The notes under the pieces: generated by a model
Databases searched by the model: none
What the model saw: only the letters and a program-made list of their open reading frames with translations
What the model was told of the DNA's origin: nothing
In this document: one piece after another, positions 25,171 through 37,869 of the stretch
How the letters are laid out: each line of letters begins with the position of its first letter
Position numbering within the stretch: position 1 is the stretch's first letter
Made by a program: the position numbers and the translations under genes
NCBI RefSeq assembly: GCF_009914755.1
Contig: NC_060940.1
Direction: 5' to 3' (one strand)
DNA length: 64,000 nt
DNA from: the human T2T-CHM13v2.0 reference genome, Homo sapiens

Positions 25171-26428
25171 GGAGGAGTCTGGGTGATGGATCAGGGCCCA
25201 GCATGGGCATACAAAATTTAGATTGTGCAGGTTTTTCAAGAACCTACCCCTCAATTATGTCAAGGAGTGCCTAGGCTCACCAGGAAGCTGCCAACCCCAA
25301 TCTCCTGCTTACACTTGCTCCCCTGGTGCTGTACCAGGTGCCTTTGATGGAGTCCTCAGTCATCCATTCTCTCTTGACCCTGTGCTCAGACCAGAGACCT
25401 GATTAGTTTAGCCGAAGGAGCTAGAGTTCCATTCTACATCAGATGCATGGGTACTTTCAGAACCTCTACTTATCTGTTTGATTTCCCAAAGTATTAGAAT
25501 CCCAGGAGTTGACGGGGGAGATAGACGGATGCGGTAATCTGAATGCGATCTGAGCTTTCTTCCCCCAGAGTCAGGTTTCCACGGTGAGAAGCATCTGCAG
25601 CTACACCTCTGTGCTGAATCCATTTCACAGCGATGCCGCCGTGAAGAGCAAAGATATGCGTGAGATAGCAGCTGCAGGCACCTCTGTGGCCCCATCACAT
25701 GACTCTCAGTAACAGGGCACACCTGAGCACATAGTGCCTCACCCTCTGGTCTCCAGAATAAGCCTCCAGCCCAGAAGGGATGGGAGCCCTCTGCTTGGGG
25801 ATCTCTCAATAGCAGCAGTCCTGCTGAAGGGGGCATAGCTAGGCACAGAACATAAGTCCCTTAATTAGTATTTAGTGGCATAGAAATCCACTCTGTGTCC
25901 AGTGCAACTCTGACCCAGGGTGCACGAGTCCTGGTTTCAAGGTCAAACAATGCCATTTATGCGTGTGGGAAGTAACTGCATCTCTGGGCTTGGATTCCCA
26001 CAGTAAGTGTGCTTCCTTGCCCTCATGCTTCTGCAGTGCTGTCCCCCTGTCCCAAATGGTTGCTCTCCCTTTCCTCTCATTTTCTGTTTCTCACTCTTAG
26101 TGTCTCCTCCCTGGATACTTTTTCTAAACACCCAACACAATCAGATGGTCCCTCTTCTGTGCCCCCTAGAATCACACGTATCTTTCTCATAGGACTTCTC
26201 TCTGCCTGCATTCCCTGCTGTCCTAAGGGCAAGCACCTCATTCTCCCCATCTCAATGTCCCCAGCACACTACTCAGGGTCTGCAGCAGAGCAAACACTCA
26301 GGAGGGGCTTGCTTCATACATCAAAGGACCAGTGCCATGTTGGGAGCAGGGAAACACTGATATCTAGAAGTCTATGATGGCTATGGGAGGTGTACACATT
26401 CTCCTTTGGGAAGCTGAGTGAAACAAGT

Positions 26429-27870
26429 TGAATAGACCTTTCTCCAAAGAAGATACAGCCATGCGCTGTATAATAATGTTTTGGATAATGATGGTCATGT
26501 ATATAACAGTGATCTCATAAGATTATAAAGGAGCTAAAAAAAACCTTATCAGCTAGTGATGTCATAGCTATTGTAATATCATAGTGCAATTACTTCATTT
26601 TAAAAATAAATTTCTATAGAAATTCTATAAAGTCTACAGTAGTAAACAGTAATGTCCTAGGCATTAACACTCACTCACCACTCACTCACTGACTCAGCCA
26701 GAGCAACTTCCGGTCCTGCAAGCTCCATTCAGGGTAACAGCTCTATATTCAGGTGTACCATTTTTAATCTTTTGTACCATATTTTTATTGTATCTTTGTT
26801 TAGATATGTTTAGATACATAAATATTTACCATTGTGTTGTAATTGCCTACAGCATTCAGTACAGTAAGAAGCTGTAAAGGTTTATAGCCAAGGAGCAGTA
26901 GGCTATACCTCATAGCCTATCCCTGTAGTAGGTAATATCATCTGGATTTGGGTAAGTGCATTCTGTGATATTTGCACAGCAGCAAAATTGCCCGACAACA
27001 CATTTCCCAGAAAGCATCCTCATCTCAAGCAATGCATGACTGTATACAAATGGTCAATAAGCACAGGAAAAGATGTTCAACATCACCAATTGTTAGAGAA
27101 ATGCAAATCAAAGTCACAATGAGATACTACTTCACATCCATTAGGATGATTATTATTAAAAAAAAAAAGAAAATAAATGTCTGCAAGGATGTGGAGAAAT
27201 TGGAACTTTTGTGCACAGCTGGTGGGAATGTAAAATTGTGCGACCAATGTGGAAAACAGTATGACAATTCCCCAAAAAGTTAAACATAGAATTGCCATAC
27301 GATACAGCGATCCCAATTCTGGGTATATATCAAAAAGAATTGAGAGCAGGGACTCAAGCAGATATTTTTACACCCATGTTCATAGCAGTATTATTCACAA
27401 TAACCAAAAGGTGGAAACAACTCAAATATCCATTGATGGATGAATGAATAAAGAAAATGTTTATCCATTCATATATTCAAAATATATCCATACGATGGAA
27501 TATTATTCAACCTTAAAAAGGAATGAAATACTGACACATGCAACAACATGGGTGAACCTGGAAGACACTGTGCTAAGTGAAATAAGCTAAGCAAAACAAA
27601 TGTTGTATGAGTCCACTTATGGAAGGTACCTAGAAGAGTAAAATCATGGAGACAGAAAGTAGAACAGGGGTTACCAGGGACAGTGGAGAGTTAATGTTTA
27701 ATGGGTGCAGAGTTTCAGTTTGGGAAGATGAAAACATCCTGGAGATGGATGGTGGTGACAGATACACAACATTGTGAATGTACTTAATACCACTAAATTT
27801 TAAAAGGTCACTTCAAAATGGCTGAAATGGTAAGTTTTGTGTATGTATATTTTATAACAATTAAAAAAGA
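26429..27870 (+). mobile_element. L1MB 3' fragment (ORF2 end plus 3' UTR) split by Tigger3
   Basis: Translation EMQIKVTMRYYFTSIRMIIIKK matches the L1 ORF2p C-terminus (EMQIKTTMRYHLTPVRMAIIKK). An MB-type 3' UTR ends in an A-rich tail. Confidence 0.9.
26456..27042 (+). mobile_element. Tigger3 (Golem) internal-deletion derivative, about 590 bp
   Basis: TIRs cagccatgcgc and gcaatgcatgactg; TA duplication at 26454-55 and 27043-44; the L1 reads through as agaagata|tacaaatgg. Confidence 0.9.
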
Positions 27871-28748
27871 AGACATAAAGTTAGGCACTTTTCTGGGGTA
27901 ATAATTATAGCCCAGCCACCCTGTAGCTAGCACTTATGCGTGGGTGAATGGAGGCATTGCTGTTTCCATTTCCAGATGTGGAAGCTGAGAGGCATAAGTA
28001 TGTGATTTGCCAAAGCCACACATCAATTGAACCTGGGATTGAATCCTGCTCTTTCTGACTCCAAACCTACAAGGGTCCATGTTGCTGACATCAGTGTGGA
28101 TCATGTCACACCCCCCCGCCGACCCCCTTTCCAGGGAAGGCTTTGGGGCAGTGTCCACTTACCAGCCTCAAAGAAAAGGAAACTGATGAGAAAACTGTTG
28201 AGATCCTGTTATTGATCAAAATCCAATATGAGTTTTTTCAGTTCACACTTAGCAAAAGAAAGAAGATATTCCTTTTCCTAAATATTAAATTTTGATGAAG
28301 CAAGACAACTGTGCACAGAGAACAGCATGCATTAGCAATTGGAGGCAGAGAAAGCCCAGAGAGGAACATTAGAGCTGCCTTCCAATACATGGAAACTTTC
28401 TCCCAACTCAACAGCCAATGGGAAGTTAGGCAGAAGCCCCAGTGGGTGCCCCTGGGCTGGGAGTCTTTCTGGAAGCACAAGCCCAGGAGACTCCATAGAC
28501 CCTGTTTTGGTGATTGCCAGCCTGCTCGAAGCCAGCTGGGAGGCCTGGGACTCACCAGCAGCTGGCTGTGCAGCAGCGCATGGTGGGTAACAAGTTTCAG
28601 TCTTGGCATCCACACTTATGATGAAGTGAGAAAACTAATATCACAGCCATCTTCTTATGATGAGAGGAAAAAGTTGCTCCTGTGCCTCCTGCACCCCAGA
28701 ATCGCAGCAAGGCCCAAAGAGGAATTAAACAGTCCTGTTAAAAGCAAT

Positions 28749-28930
28749 AGCCAGCTATGATGTCATGCACCTATTGTCCCAGGTACTCGGGAGGCTGAGA
28801 AAGGAAGATCACTTAAGCCCAGGAGTTAGAGGCTACAGTGAGCTGTGACAGTGCCACTGCACTCCAGCCTGAGTGACAGAGTGAGACCTTGGCTCTAAAA
28901 GTAAATAAGTCAAAATAAATTATGAAATTA
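28749..28930 (+). mobile_element. Free Alu monomer (FAM/FRAM-like)
   Basis: Single Alu arm with A-rich tail; candidate TSD aaagcaat / aaagcagt. Confidence 0.8.
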
Positions 28931-31900
28931 CGAAAGCAGTAAAAACAGCAGGTAAGCCTCCTAGTGGCATGCAACGCACCAGCCAAGTGTTAGTCCCTTT
29001 CAGCCTCTCAACAAACCTGTCCGCAGGCCACTGCATTTGGAATTTGAGACTTGGGGCTCACAGGGGTAAAGGAGCTTATCCAGGGTCACACAATTAGTAG
29101 GGTACAGAATGAGGAAGGAAGCCCATGTTTTCCCAGCCTGCAAAATCTCCCTCTTATTATGGCTGGACTTGGCATCTGACTGCACATATTTGGGGTTGAA
29201 TGACAGCTCTGGAATTTATTAAACTTGTGTTTTGGGGAAAATTTCTATGACTTTCCATCCCTCTTGCTCTAAAAGTGGTCACAGTGGCATCAACCTTTCA
29301 GAGTTGCTGCAAGTATGCAAGGTGGTAGGGATGGCTGGGGATAAAAGGAGGAGGTATTATAGGAAAAGGATCCAGACCCAGGTCTGGCCTGGCTGATCTA
29401 AGGATTTTGTAAAATGAACTCAATCTTCACAGGCAGAGTGGGCATTTGACCCATAATTTTTGCACGTCTGTTATTTGAACCTCTACGCCTTTCTGTGCAT
29501 TGCCAATGCTCAATGGCTCTCCATGCCTTTTCTCTACAGGGAAGGAATGGAGTCAGATTTCGAGTCTTCAGACAGGAACTGTTATGACCAGGGAAGATTC
29601 AGGACTCACTGGTGCATTCAGTGGATTCAAAGAGATAACAGAAGTACAGCACCTAGGTGGTGTCTGGCATGGAGCAGGTGAATGATACAAATGGGGCGAA
29701 AATGAAAATAAATGGAAGATTGGCATGTGGCTGTGTTTTTAGGGAGAGGGGCTGAGCTGTTCTGTTTCCATTTACCAAACCTTTTTAGTGACGGATCTGG
29801 AACCCAGGTTGGAGGCTGATTAGCATTTTGTTGGATGCACTTAGTATCTCTTGGCAGGCTCCCTCTACCTACGCAGTTACATGAGCCCAGCACCCAGATT
29901 GTGTAAGCTTATGAATCCTTTTCCCTGGAAGATCTGAGAAAGAGAGGCCAATCGTCACCTTCTCAATTAGAAATAACCCAGAATTGTTTGTCATCTCAAC
30001 CATTGAAAGTCAGTTTCCTTTAGATTTCCTGTTCATAGACAGTCAGCTGAAAAGCCCTAGAGTTCAACCTCAGCTCCTGCCAAGTTAAATAGGAGTCCTG
30101 AGAGAAGCCAGAGGTCTAGGATACTCTTGTGATGGCCTGGAGGAGGCTGTGCCTCCTGCATATGCACCTGCTAGGGAAGCCAGTGCTGGATATGAGAACA
30201 TCATCTCTTCACTGTGTTGGTCCCTGGCAGTGCAAAGATAAGAACTCAAGTTGTTGTGGGCCCGAAAGAGGCCTGCTGAGCAAATGCAATAGAGGCCCAT
30301 GTGCATTGGAAGGATGAAGGAGCTCTGAGTCAGACACAGAAGCAAAAAGCCTCCAATAGTATAAGCAGAGACTGGAATGCCAAGGGCATGTGGACTCGGG
30401 AGCTGCTAGGGTGGTCTGGTGGGAGCCCTGAGTTGGGGAAGGTGAGGCCAGATTGGCACAAACCTTAAATTTCACACTAAATTTAACTTTTGTTCTAAAG
30501 GCAGATAATAGTCACTGAAGATAGTAGAGCCAAGGATGACACGACTGGATTCTTTTGACAATCTGATGAGTCATTTGGCCTGGAGACAGAGAGAGAATTC
30601 CAGAGAATGGGTAGGGGGAACAAGTATTTTTACAAAGTTTAAGTCCCTGAGTTTTTGTTTTTGTTTTTGTTTACATGTTTATATGAACCCACATGTTTGT
30701 GATATCCTGTCACCTTTGTAAGAAAAAGTATTCTCTGGACCGGATGGTGGCCCAAAATGCCCCACCCTGCAGTCTGTGCCACACACAGCTGTCACACAGT
30801 TTCTCTCTCTGCTCAAGGAACCTCTAATAGCTCTCTATTGCCAAAGGATAAATTCCAGCCTCTGCCACTGCCTCACATTCATACATCCCCTTGGCTGTTT
30901 TTCATACTTCATTTTTAATCTGAGTGGTCATGAACCTCTGTCCTGTAGGGTCAAATTATGTTCCTTATTCTTCCTGTGACCTGGCCCTGGTTTCTTACCT
31001 CCAAGGCACTTCTATTGCTGTTCTCTCTACGTGCAAGGCTCTCTAAACCCACTTTCTCACATCCAAATTTTACCATCCTAGGCCTAGTTCGAATGACACC
31101 CCTGTCACAAAGTCTGTCCCAATTTCCCCAGTCAGCAGTGGAATTGGACACCCCCACCATGTCATTGTGCGTTAAAATTACTGAATTATATTAAAATTGC
31201 TGAACAGGTTATCAGTCCACTATTAGTCTGTGAATAGCTAGAGGACAATAAGCCATCCTTATCGTCCCTGCTTCATTAACACAGCCTTTTGCATACCAGA
31301 GTTTTAATAAACGGTCTTCTTTGAATGCTGCATTCTCAGGCTTTGACTTCATTTCTACTCTTAATTCTATCCTTCTACAATGGCTCACAGTTAGCCATCT
31401 TGCTTCTCCCCTAAGAGTAAGTCGCCTTGACTGTTACAGGTCACGAAATACACACATGGTATCCTGAAACCACAGATATGACCAAAATCCACATTTATTG
31501 ACAATTACAGGCTCATGTAGTCAGTTTCCCTGAAGGTAGTATATTTAATGTGTATCTACAAGTGATTTCATGTAGCCCTCTTTGAATTGTCATGTCAATA
31601 AAATCACCCCAAAGTTAGGTTCTTGGATAAATCATGCATTTGATCTTGGTTTTAGATAATGATCATGCGTTCCTGTTTCTCTCCATCAGACTGGACACGT
31701 ATATGTTTTCAATAAATGTTTTCCGAATTGAGCTGGTTTGGACAGAAATCAAAGGAAAGGAGATTAAACAGCATTCTGAGCACCAAATTTTAGAGTCCGA
31801 CTCTGTAGGTAGAAGACCAAGAATGCTCTTGGGAACCAGGAGAAGAATCAGAGCTCTGGGTGATGTGATGCAATGGTGATTTTTATGATAATTCTGATTT

Positions 31901-34900
31901 AAGGTAAAGAAAAGCGACTTTCTCTCACATGGGAATTCTCACTTCAATCTTCTGTTGCATTTAGCGGGGGACAAAAGGAGATGCAAAAGTGTATGTGTTG
32001 CATTGATGAATGTAGCAAGATCTTACTTGGTTATAAAATCCAGAGTATTTTCAATCCTGAAGGTCCAGGCATGGGTGATGGAACATCACTCGCACTCTCT
32101 GGGCTCAGTAGTAGGATATAAGGAAGAGAACAGTGCTTTGCAGCCATGACAGTCTGGAGAGGCAGCATGTAAAGAATGGAGAATCTCAGCCCAGCTACTT
32201 GCCAGCAAGCTGATACTGAGGGAGTTACTGATGTCTGCTGATTCCAAGGCTAGCCAAAGTGCTCATCTCTCTCCGAACTGCTCCAATCTTAAATTCACAA
32301 ACTGTGTAAGCAACTCTTCCACTTGGCATCTCAAATCCAAAGATTCTCAAGCCAACCCTTTGATCCCACATTACACCCACTTAAGCCCACTTCTCTCCTA
32401 GGTCTCCCAGTTCTAAATGACAATGCCACCCACCATGTTCTTGGGCCCAATTTCGGGATTTAATGTTTATCACTCTTTCTCTGTCCATTCTACCTACTCT
32501 ATCATACTCCTTAAGACCCTGTTTCATAATAGGTTAAATTGGGTTAACAGCTCCATTCCTGAGATGAGATGAGGATGAGAGATAATATATATAAAATCCC
32601 AGGCACGTAGTAAGGGGTCAAATGGTATCTATTTTCAGTATTGTGCCCTGCTCACCAGACAAAAGCTCCCACTTTCCTGATTAGATACATAGGCTCTGAA
32701 TATGTGCATTAAACAATGAATTAGGCCAATACATGTGCTAGAGTCCAGGTTTGGAGGAGACAAATACCAAAGGCTTCAGGGTGAGTGTTTAAGAGCCTGA
32801 GAGTGAGCGTCATGATGCATGAAATGAGAGCTCTCTCATTTTTGCGTGATCCTAAGCAGCCCTTAATAAGCTGTGATCATAATAGATGAATGAAGATTTA
32901 ACAGAAAGAAGAAGGAAGGAAAGAGAGAAAAGGAAAACAAATGTGCAATTCAATCGAAAGGCATTTTGCTGCAGTTATGCAATTTCAAGTTCAGGATCAG
33001 GCATTACACTTATTTTCATCTCTGATAACTAATACATTAGTTTGCTGCTCGATGCAGCTATTATGGGAAAAACAAAATTCAATTCACCTGCATTTGTCAC
33101 CAGAGTATTGTATCTGCTACACAAAGGCAGGAGATTGAAATGAAAGATGCCTGTTATTGAATTTTAATTTTGAGAAAATGGGACCAATTTCTGGGCCTTG
33201 CAGACACAGTCAGCCAGATGGTCTGAGGAAGGCTCAATGCTTAGCCTACACTCCATGTCTATGGCATCAAAACGCATGCTCTGTGTAGGTGCATCCGCAC
33301 CCTGACCCTGCCTTTTTTCATATTTATACTCATGAACAGCAGACCTTTAGCCTATCTCATTTGTGTGCTTTTGCAGTCGATGTTTACTCAGAATGATCTG
33401 AAGAGCCCTCAAAGTCTCAAATAAGACATTTTTCCTTACCATCACAGTGTCTGAAGCCACCCCCCACATGAGAGCTGGCTTTAGGAAAATGCCTACTGCT
33501 ATGTAGCTCTCTATTCCATACAATATCCGGGGCTGTTGGTTACCTCGTTGGCTTTATTAAAACCAAATACTCTATCAGATGATTTTGCTGCAACACAACA
33601 AAGGAAAAGATCACCTTTTCTTTACCTTTTCCTCATAGCAAAGATGAAGCATGCACTAGAAAGAGACACGTCTGTTGATGGTGGCGAACCAATAGAAGAG
33701 ATGGACGCATATATGGCACATGGCTGTCTTTGATTTTGTCTGGAAATTTTTCAGAAATAACAACTTGGGGTAAAGGAGATCTGAATTCTGATCTTTGCAT
33801 GGCTTCTGGCTTATCTGGTGGCAGGGAGCAAGCCTAGCTCTTTGTCACTCATACAGTCACAGTGAGAACAGTGACCCCTCCAGGAGCAAGGGGTTGGGCT
33901 GGGCAGAGGGGGCAGAATGAAGGAGATGCTGTATGCAAAGGGATTAGTGCAGGGTCTAACCAACACTCAGGATCTTGCAGAAAGGGTTCAGTCTTTATAG
34001 CCATGACTGGCATTTGGCTCTTAATTTTTGGCTGGCTGTTTTTTGAAATCCTCCACTTGAGGATCTCCTGCTTGAGAAATCCCCCCACTTTTATGAGGCA
34101 GAAACAGCCTCTCAATAAAAAATGCAAGGTGCCCCCTTTCCCAGCCTCTCTTGTGTCTAGAGTGGTGGGTGTAACTGGGGCTCTGCCAATGGGTGAACCT
34201 GAATGCAGTAGGGAGATGAGGACACAAGGACTCTGGAACTGTGGAGGCTCTACTCTGGCAATGGGTGGCAATTGTATTGGGGCCAGCATTGAGCTTCTGG
34301 GGACAGTGGTGGCCAAGAGGGTATCTAGGGTCCAGGGTCAGATGGTGGCAGGAGGGTCCTCCCAAGGTCATGGGCTGATTTTGGAGCATCATTCTGGGCA
34401 TTACTCTGGGTGTTGCCCAGGCTCCCCCGCTCCTATCCCTCCCTCCCATCCTCTCTCCCTTTCATCCTCCCTTTCTTCTCCCACTTACAAAATATTTTCA
34501 AGATACCATCAAGTACTGAGATAATAAAATAGATACCAGGTTCACAACAATCCATGTTGATAAAAATCTTAGCATTTTTCTGTATTTGCTTAAGCTTTGT
34601 AGTAAGAAATAAAATATTACAGATAATTTTGAAGCTGCTATGTATCCCTCCTTAATTTTCTTTTCTTTTCTGCCTTCCAGAAGTAACTTCTATGCTGAAT
34701 GATATTAATTGTGCACAGACATGTTTTTAATATATAAAATTTAATATTGTATATATGTATGTGTATACATACACATACGCAAGCACACACACACAAGCAC
34801 ACACATACACACATAATACATGAACGACTTCTGCTCCAGATAATTTGGAAAGCAGATATTCTAAAACTGCTTCCCACCTAGTATAAAACACTTAGAACAA

Positions 34901-35399
34901 AGAAGGTTTTCAATAAGTAGGTGACCTCATGAACAAGGGAAATCCACAGGAGTTAAGAGCAAAATGAAAGCAGCAAACAAGAGTGGTGAGAAGAACTAAA
35001 ATCCAGGCTGCCTTGAGGGCACTTGCTACAAAGAAAAAGGAGGAAAAGGAGGAAACAGAAAAAGGACGCCAAGAAGAAAGAAGAGGAGGGAGAGAGGGGA
35101 AAAAGGTCAAGGCAGGGAGCCAGGGCCTTGGGCCTATAGAAAACTTAGGCCTCTGCGTAGTAAATTCAAGAATCTTAAGGAGCTGTACCTGGAATGAAAG
35201 ATTGGGTTAGATGGGAAAAATCCCTGTTCTGGCAAAGGAAAATGATAATGTATTTGTCTCCATTTAGGCTTGCAGGTGTGAGGGGAGGGGCACCCAAAAC
35301 AAACTCTCTCCCTCAAATATATCTTCCCCAAGAATTTTAACTACTACCTTATTCTAATGCAAGAGTAGGGTTTGAGTGTATTCTACTTATGTGGTACAT

Positions 35400-35900
35400 A
35401 AAATTTGAAGCTGAGGAATTAGTGTTCCTAGTTTGACATTGCCTTTGAGTACCTAGCAGAAGAAAACGCAAAACCTTTCCGAAGAAGTGTATTCCAATGA
35501 GGTCCCTTAGTCCTAAAATTAAGATCAGTCAAACAAGAGAAAGCTATAAAAACTAACAGCAATGTGAGGAAGTAATATACCATGAAAGAGAGTCAGCAGA
35601 AACTGAAAGAAACAGCAGAAATAGACAACTCTTCTCTACCCCAAAGTCCTTAGATATTAAGATGATCAAATGTAGACTATATTTTATATATACATATATG
35701 CATACATGCATATGTATCTAATATTTAAAGGAATAGAAAAGGGGAAGTTGAAAATACCTTGGAAAATAACAAAAGACCATAAAAAATGACCACCCAGATG
35801 CTTAAGTGAACTAAATAGAAATTCTAGGAATAAAAAATATAACCACTGAAATTTAAAACTCAAGGATTGGGAGTAGATAGCACTATCTATACACCTGAAA
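35400..35900 (+). mobile_element. HAL1/L1M ORF1-region relic
   Basis: catgaaagagagtcagcagaaac...aaatagaaattctaggaataaaaaatataaccactgaaatttaaaactcaa. Confidence 0.6.
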
Positions 35901-35929
35901 GCAATAAGGATAATAGGATATAAACATAA

Positions 35930-36400
35930 GAAAAATTTATAGCACTATTTTCTACATTTTAATTATCATATAAATTATATCATACTGCATACATCTGCTG
36001 TGACTTGCTTTTTTGTTGTTATGAAATGGTATTTGTTACAGTTTATCTATGATGTTATATACCAGGCTTCCACCATGTGTGTAGACCATAAATTACTTAT
36101 CTATCTTCCTTTTGGTGAATATTGTTTAGGTAGCCACCAGTTTTTGCTGCTATAAACAATGCTGTGATGTCCATTCTTGTTCCAATGGTGCACATACCTA
36201 GAAGTGGAATTGCAAAGTTGAAGTATAATCTCCTCTAAATTTGGCCAAATTGCTCTCAAATGTGATTGTACCAATTTATGCTCTAACGGTGCAAGAGGTT
36301 TTCCATTGCAGGTCCTCATCCTTGCCAATGTTTGATTTTAGCATCAATAATTATTTTTATTTGCCAATTTGATGGATGTGCAATATCTGTTGAGTGTCTT
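35930..36400 (-). mobile_element. L1ME-type 3' fragment
   Basis: tttttgctgctataaacaatgctgtgatg...catacctagaagtggaattgc...ccaaattgctctc...ttgtaccaatttatgctc. Confidence 0.75.
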
Positions 36401-36408
36401 ATCGTGTG

Positions 36409-36807
36409 TTTATTAGTCTGTTCTCACACTGCTATAAAGACATACCTGAGACTGGGTAATTTATAAAGAAAATAGGTTTTAATTGACTCACAGTTCTACA
36501 GTCTGTACAGGAGGCATGGCTGGGGAGGCCTCAGGAAACTTACAATCATAGCGGAAGGCAAAGGGAAAGTGAACATGTCTTCACACGGCAGCAGGAGAGA
36601 GAAAAAAAGTGAAGAGAGAGGTGCTACACACTTTCAAACAACCAGATCTCATGAGAACTCTATCACGAGATGGCATTAGGGGGACGATGCTAAACCATTA
36701 GAAACCATCCTCATGATCCAATCACCTTCCACCAGGTCCCACCTCCAATATTGGGAATTACAATTCAACATGAGATTTGGGTGGGGACACAGAGCCAAAC
36801 CATATCA
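36409..36807 (-). mobile_element. MSTA/THE1D MaLR solo LTR
   Basis: tattagtctgttctcacactgctataaag...gaggcctcaggaaacttacaatcat...ggggacacagagccaaaccatatca. Confidence 0.9.
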
Positions 36808-36869
36808 ACCTATCCTGAATCCTAGAATTTACTTTCATGAACTGCCTGCATATGTCCTTTGCCTACCAT

Positions 36870-37190
36870 GGTGCAGATTCCTTGTGCTCTCCCATACCCA
36901 GTTCTCCTCTCCCCACAGATACAGGTGAGGATTACACTGCTCCAACCCCACTGCACAGCTAATCAAAGGTTCTGTGACTAGTTTTGACTAATGGGTTGTA
37001 GGTAGAAGCGAAGCATCTAATTGTCAGTGTAAGAACCTCCAACTCAATCATTCCTTACTGACCCATGGAAGCAACTCTATCTCTAAGCTTCTGAGAAGGA
37101 CTCATTGTCCTGAAAAGTGGATTTCACAGTGGACTTCACAAGACAAGAAATAAACTTGCGTACTGTTAGTCCACCTCAATTTGTGGGCTC
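36870..37190 (+). mobile_element. Old MLT1 LTR relic
   Basis: tgtgactagttttgactaatggg...aagcatctaattgtcagtgtaaga...gaaataaacttg. Confidence 0.55.
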
Positions 37191-37481
37191 TTTTTTTGAG
37201 ACAGGGTCTCATTCTGTAGCTTTTTTTCTTATTGATTTGTAGAAATTTTAAATATATACTGGTTATAAGTCTTTTGTTGGTAGCATTTAATACACTACGG
37301 AATGTCTTTTAACTTCAATTATGTAAGTTTTGCTTTTACTTCCCAATCCCTCAACATGCCCAATATCTTTAAAAAAAAAAAATTCCCTGATTAAATCATC
37401 AGGGAATGGTGTCTATTGTTTACAATTAAGAACCCTGGAGGGCTCAGCACCCTTCTCTGTTATGTCAGATATGAGTGAAGG

Positions 37482-37837
37482 TGATCTGGTTTGGCTGTGT
37501 CCCCACCCAAATCTCACCTTGAATTGTAATAATCCCCATGTGTCACGGGCAGGCCCAGGTGAAGATAATTGAATCATGGGGGCAGTTTACCCCATACTGT
37601 TCTTGTGGTAGGGAATAAGTCTCACAAGATCTGATGGTTTTATAAATAGGAGTTCCCCTGCAAAATCTCCCTTAACTGCCACCATGTAAGACTTGCCTTT
37701 GCTTTTCCTTCGCCTTCTGCCATGAATGTGAAGCCTCACCAGCAATGTGGAACTGTGAGTCTGTTAAACCTCTTTTCTTTATAAATTACCCAGTCTCAGG
37801 TATGTCTTTATTAGCAGCATGAGAACAGACTAATACA
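37482..37837 (+). mobile_element. THE1B/C MaLR solo LTR
   Basis: tgatctggtttggctgtgtccccacccaaatctc...gagaacagactaataca; TG...CA ends and 5-bp TSD gaagg / gatgg. Confidence 0.93.
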
Positions 37838-37869
37838 GATGGATACTTTATTTTGTTTAGGACATGGAG

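Noticed and set aside
26972-27443. ORFs resembling L1 ORF2p
   Set aside because: Frameshifted, 5'-truncated L1MB remnant interrupted by Tigger3. Not a functional gene.
33849-34524. Overlapping 220, 155 and 142 aa ORFs
   Set aside because: No recognisable domain, a non-ATG start for the longest, and open frames on both strands. The DNA looks like a decayed MaLR/ERVL LTR.
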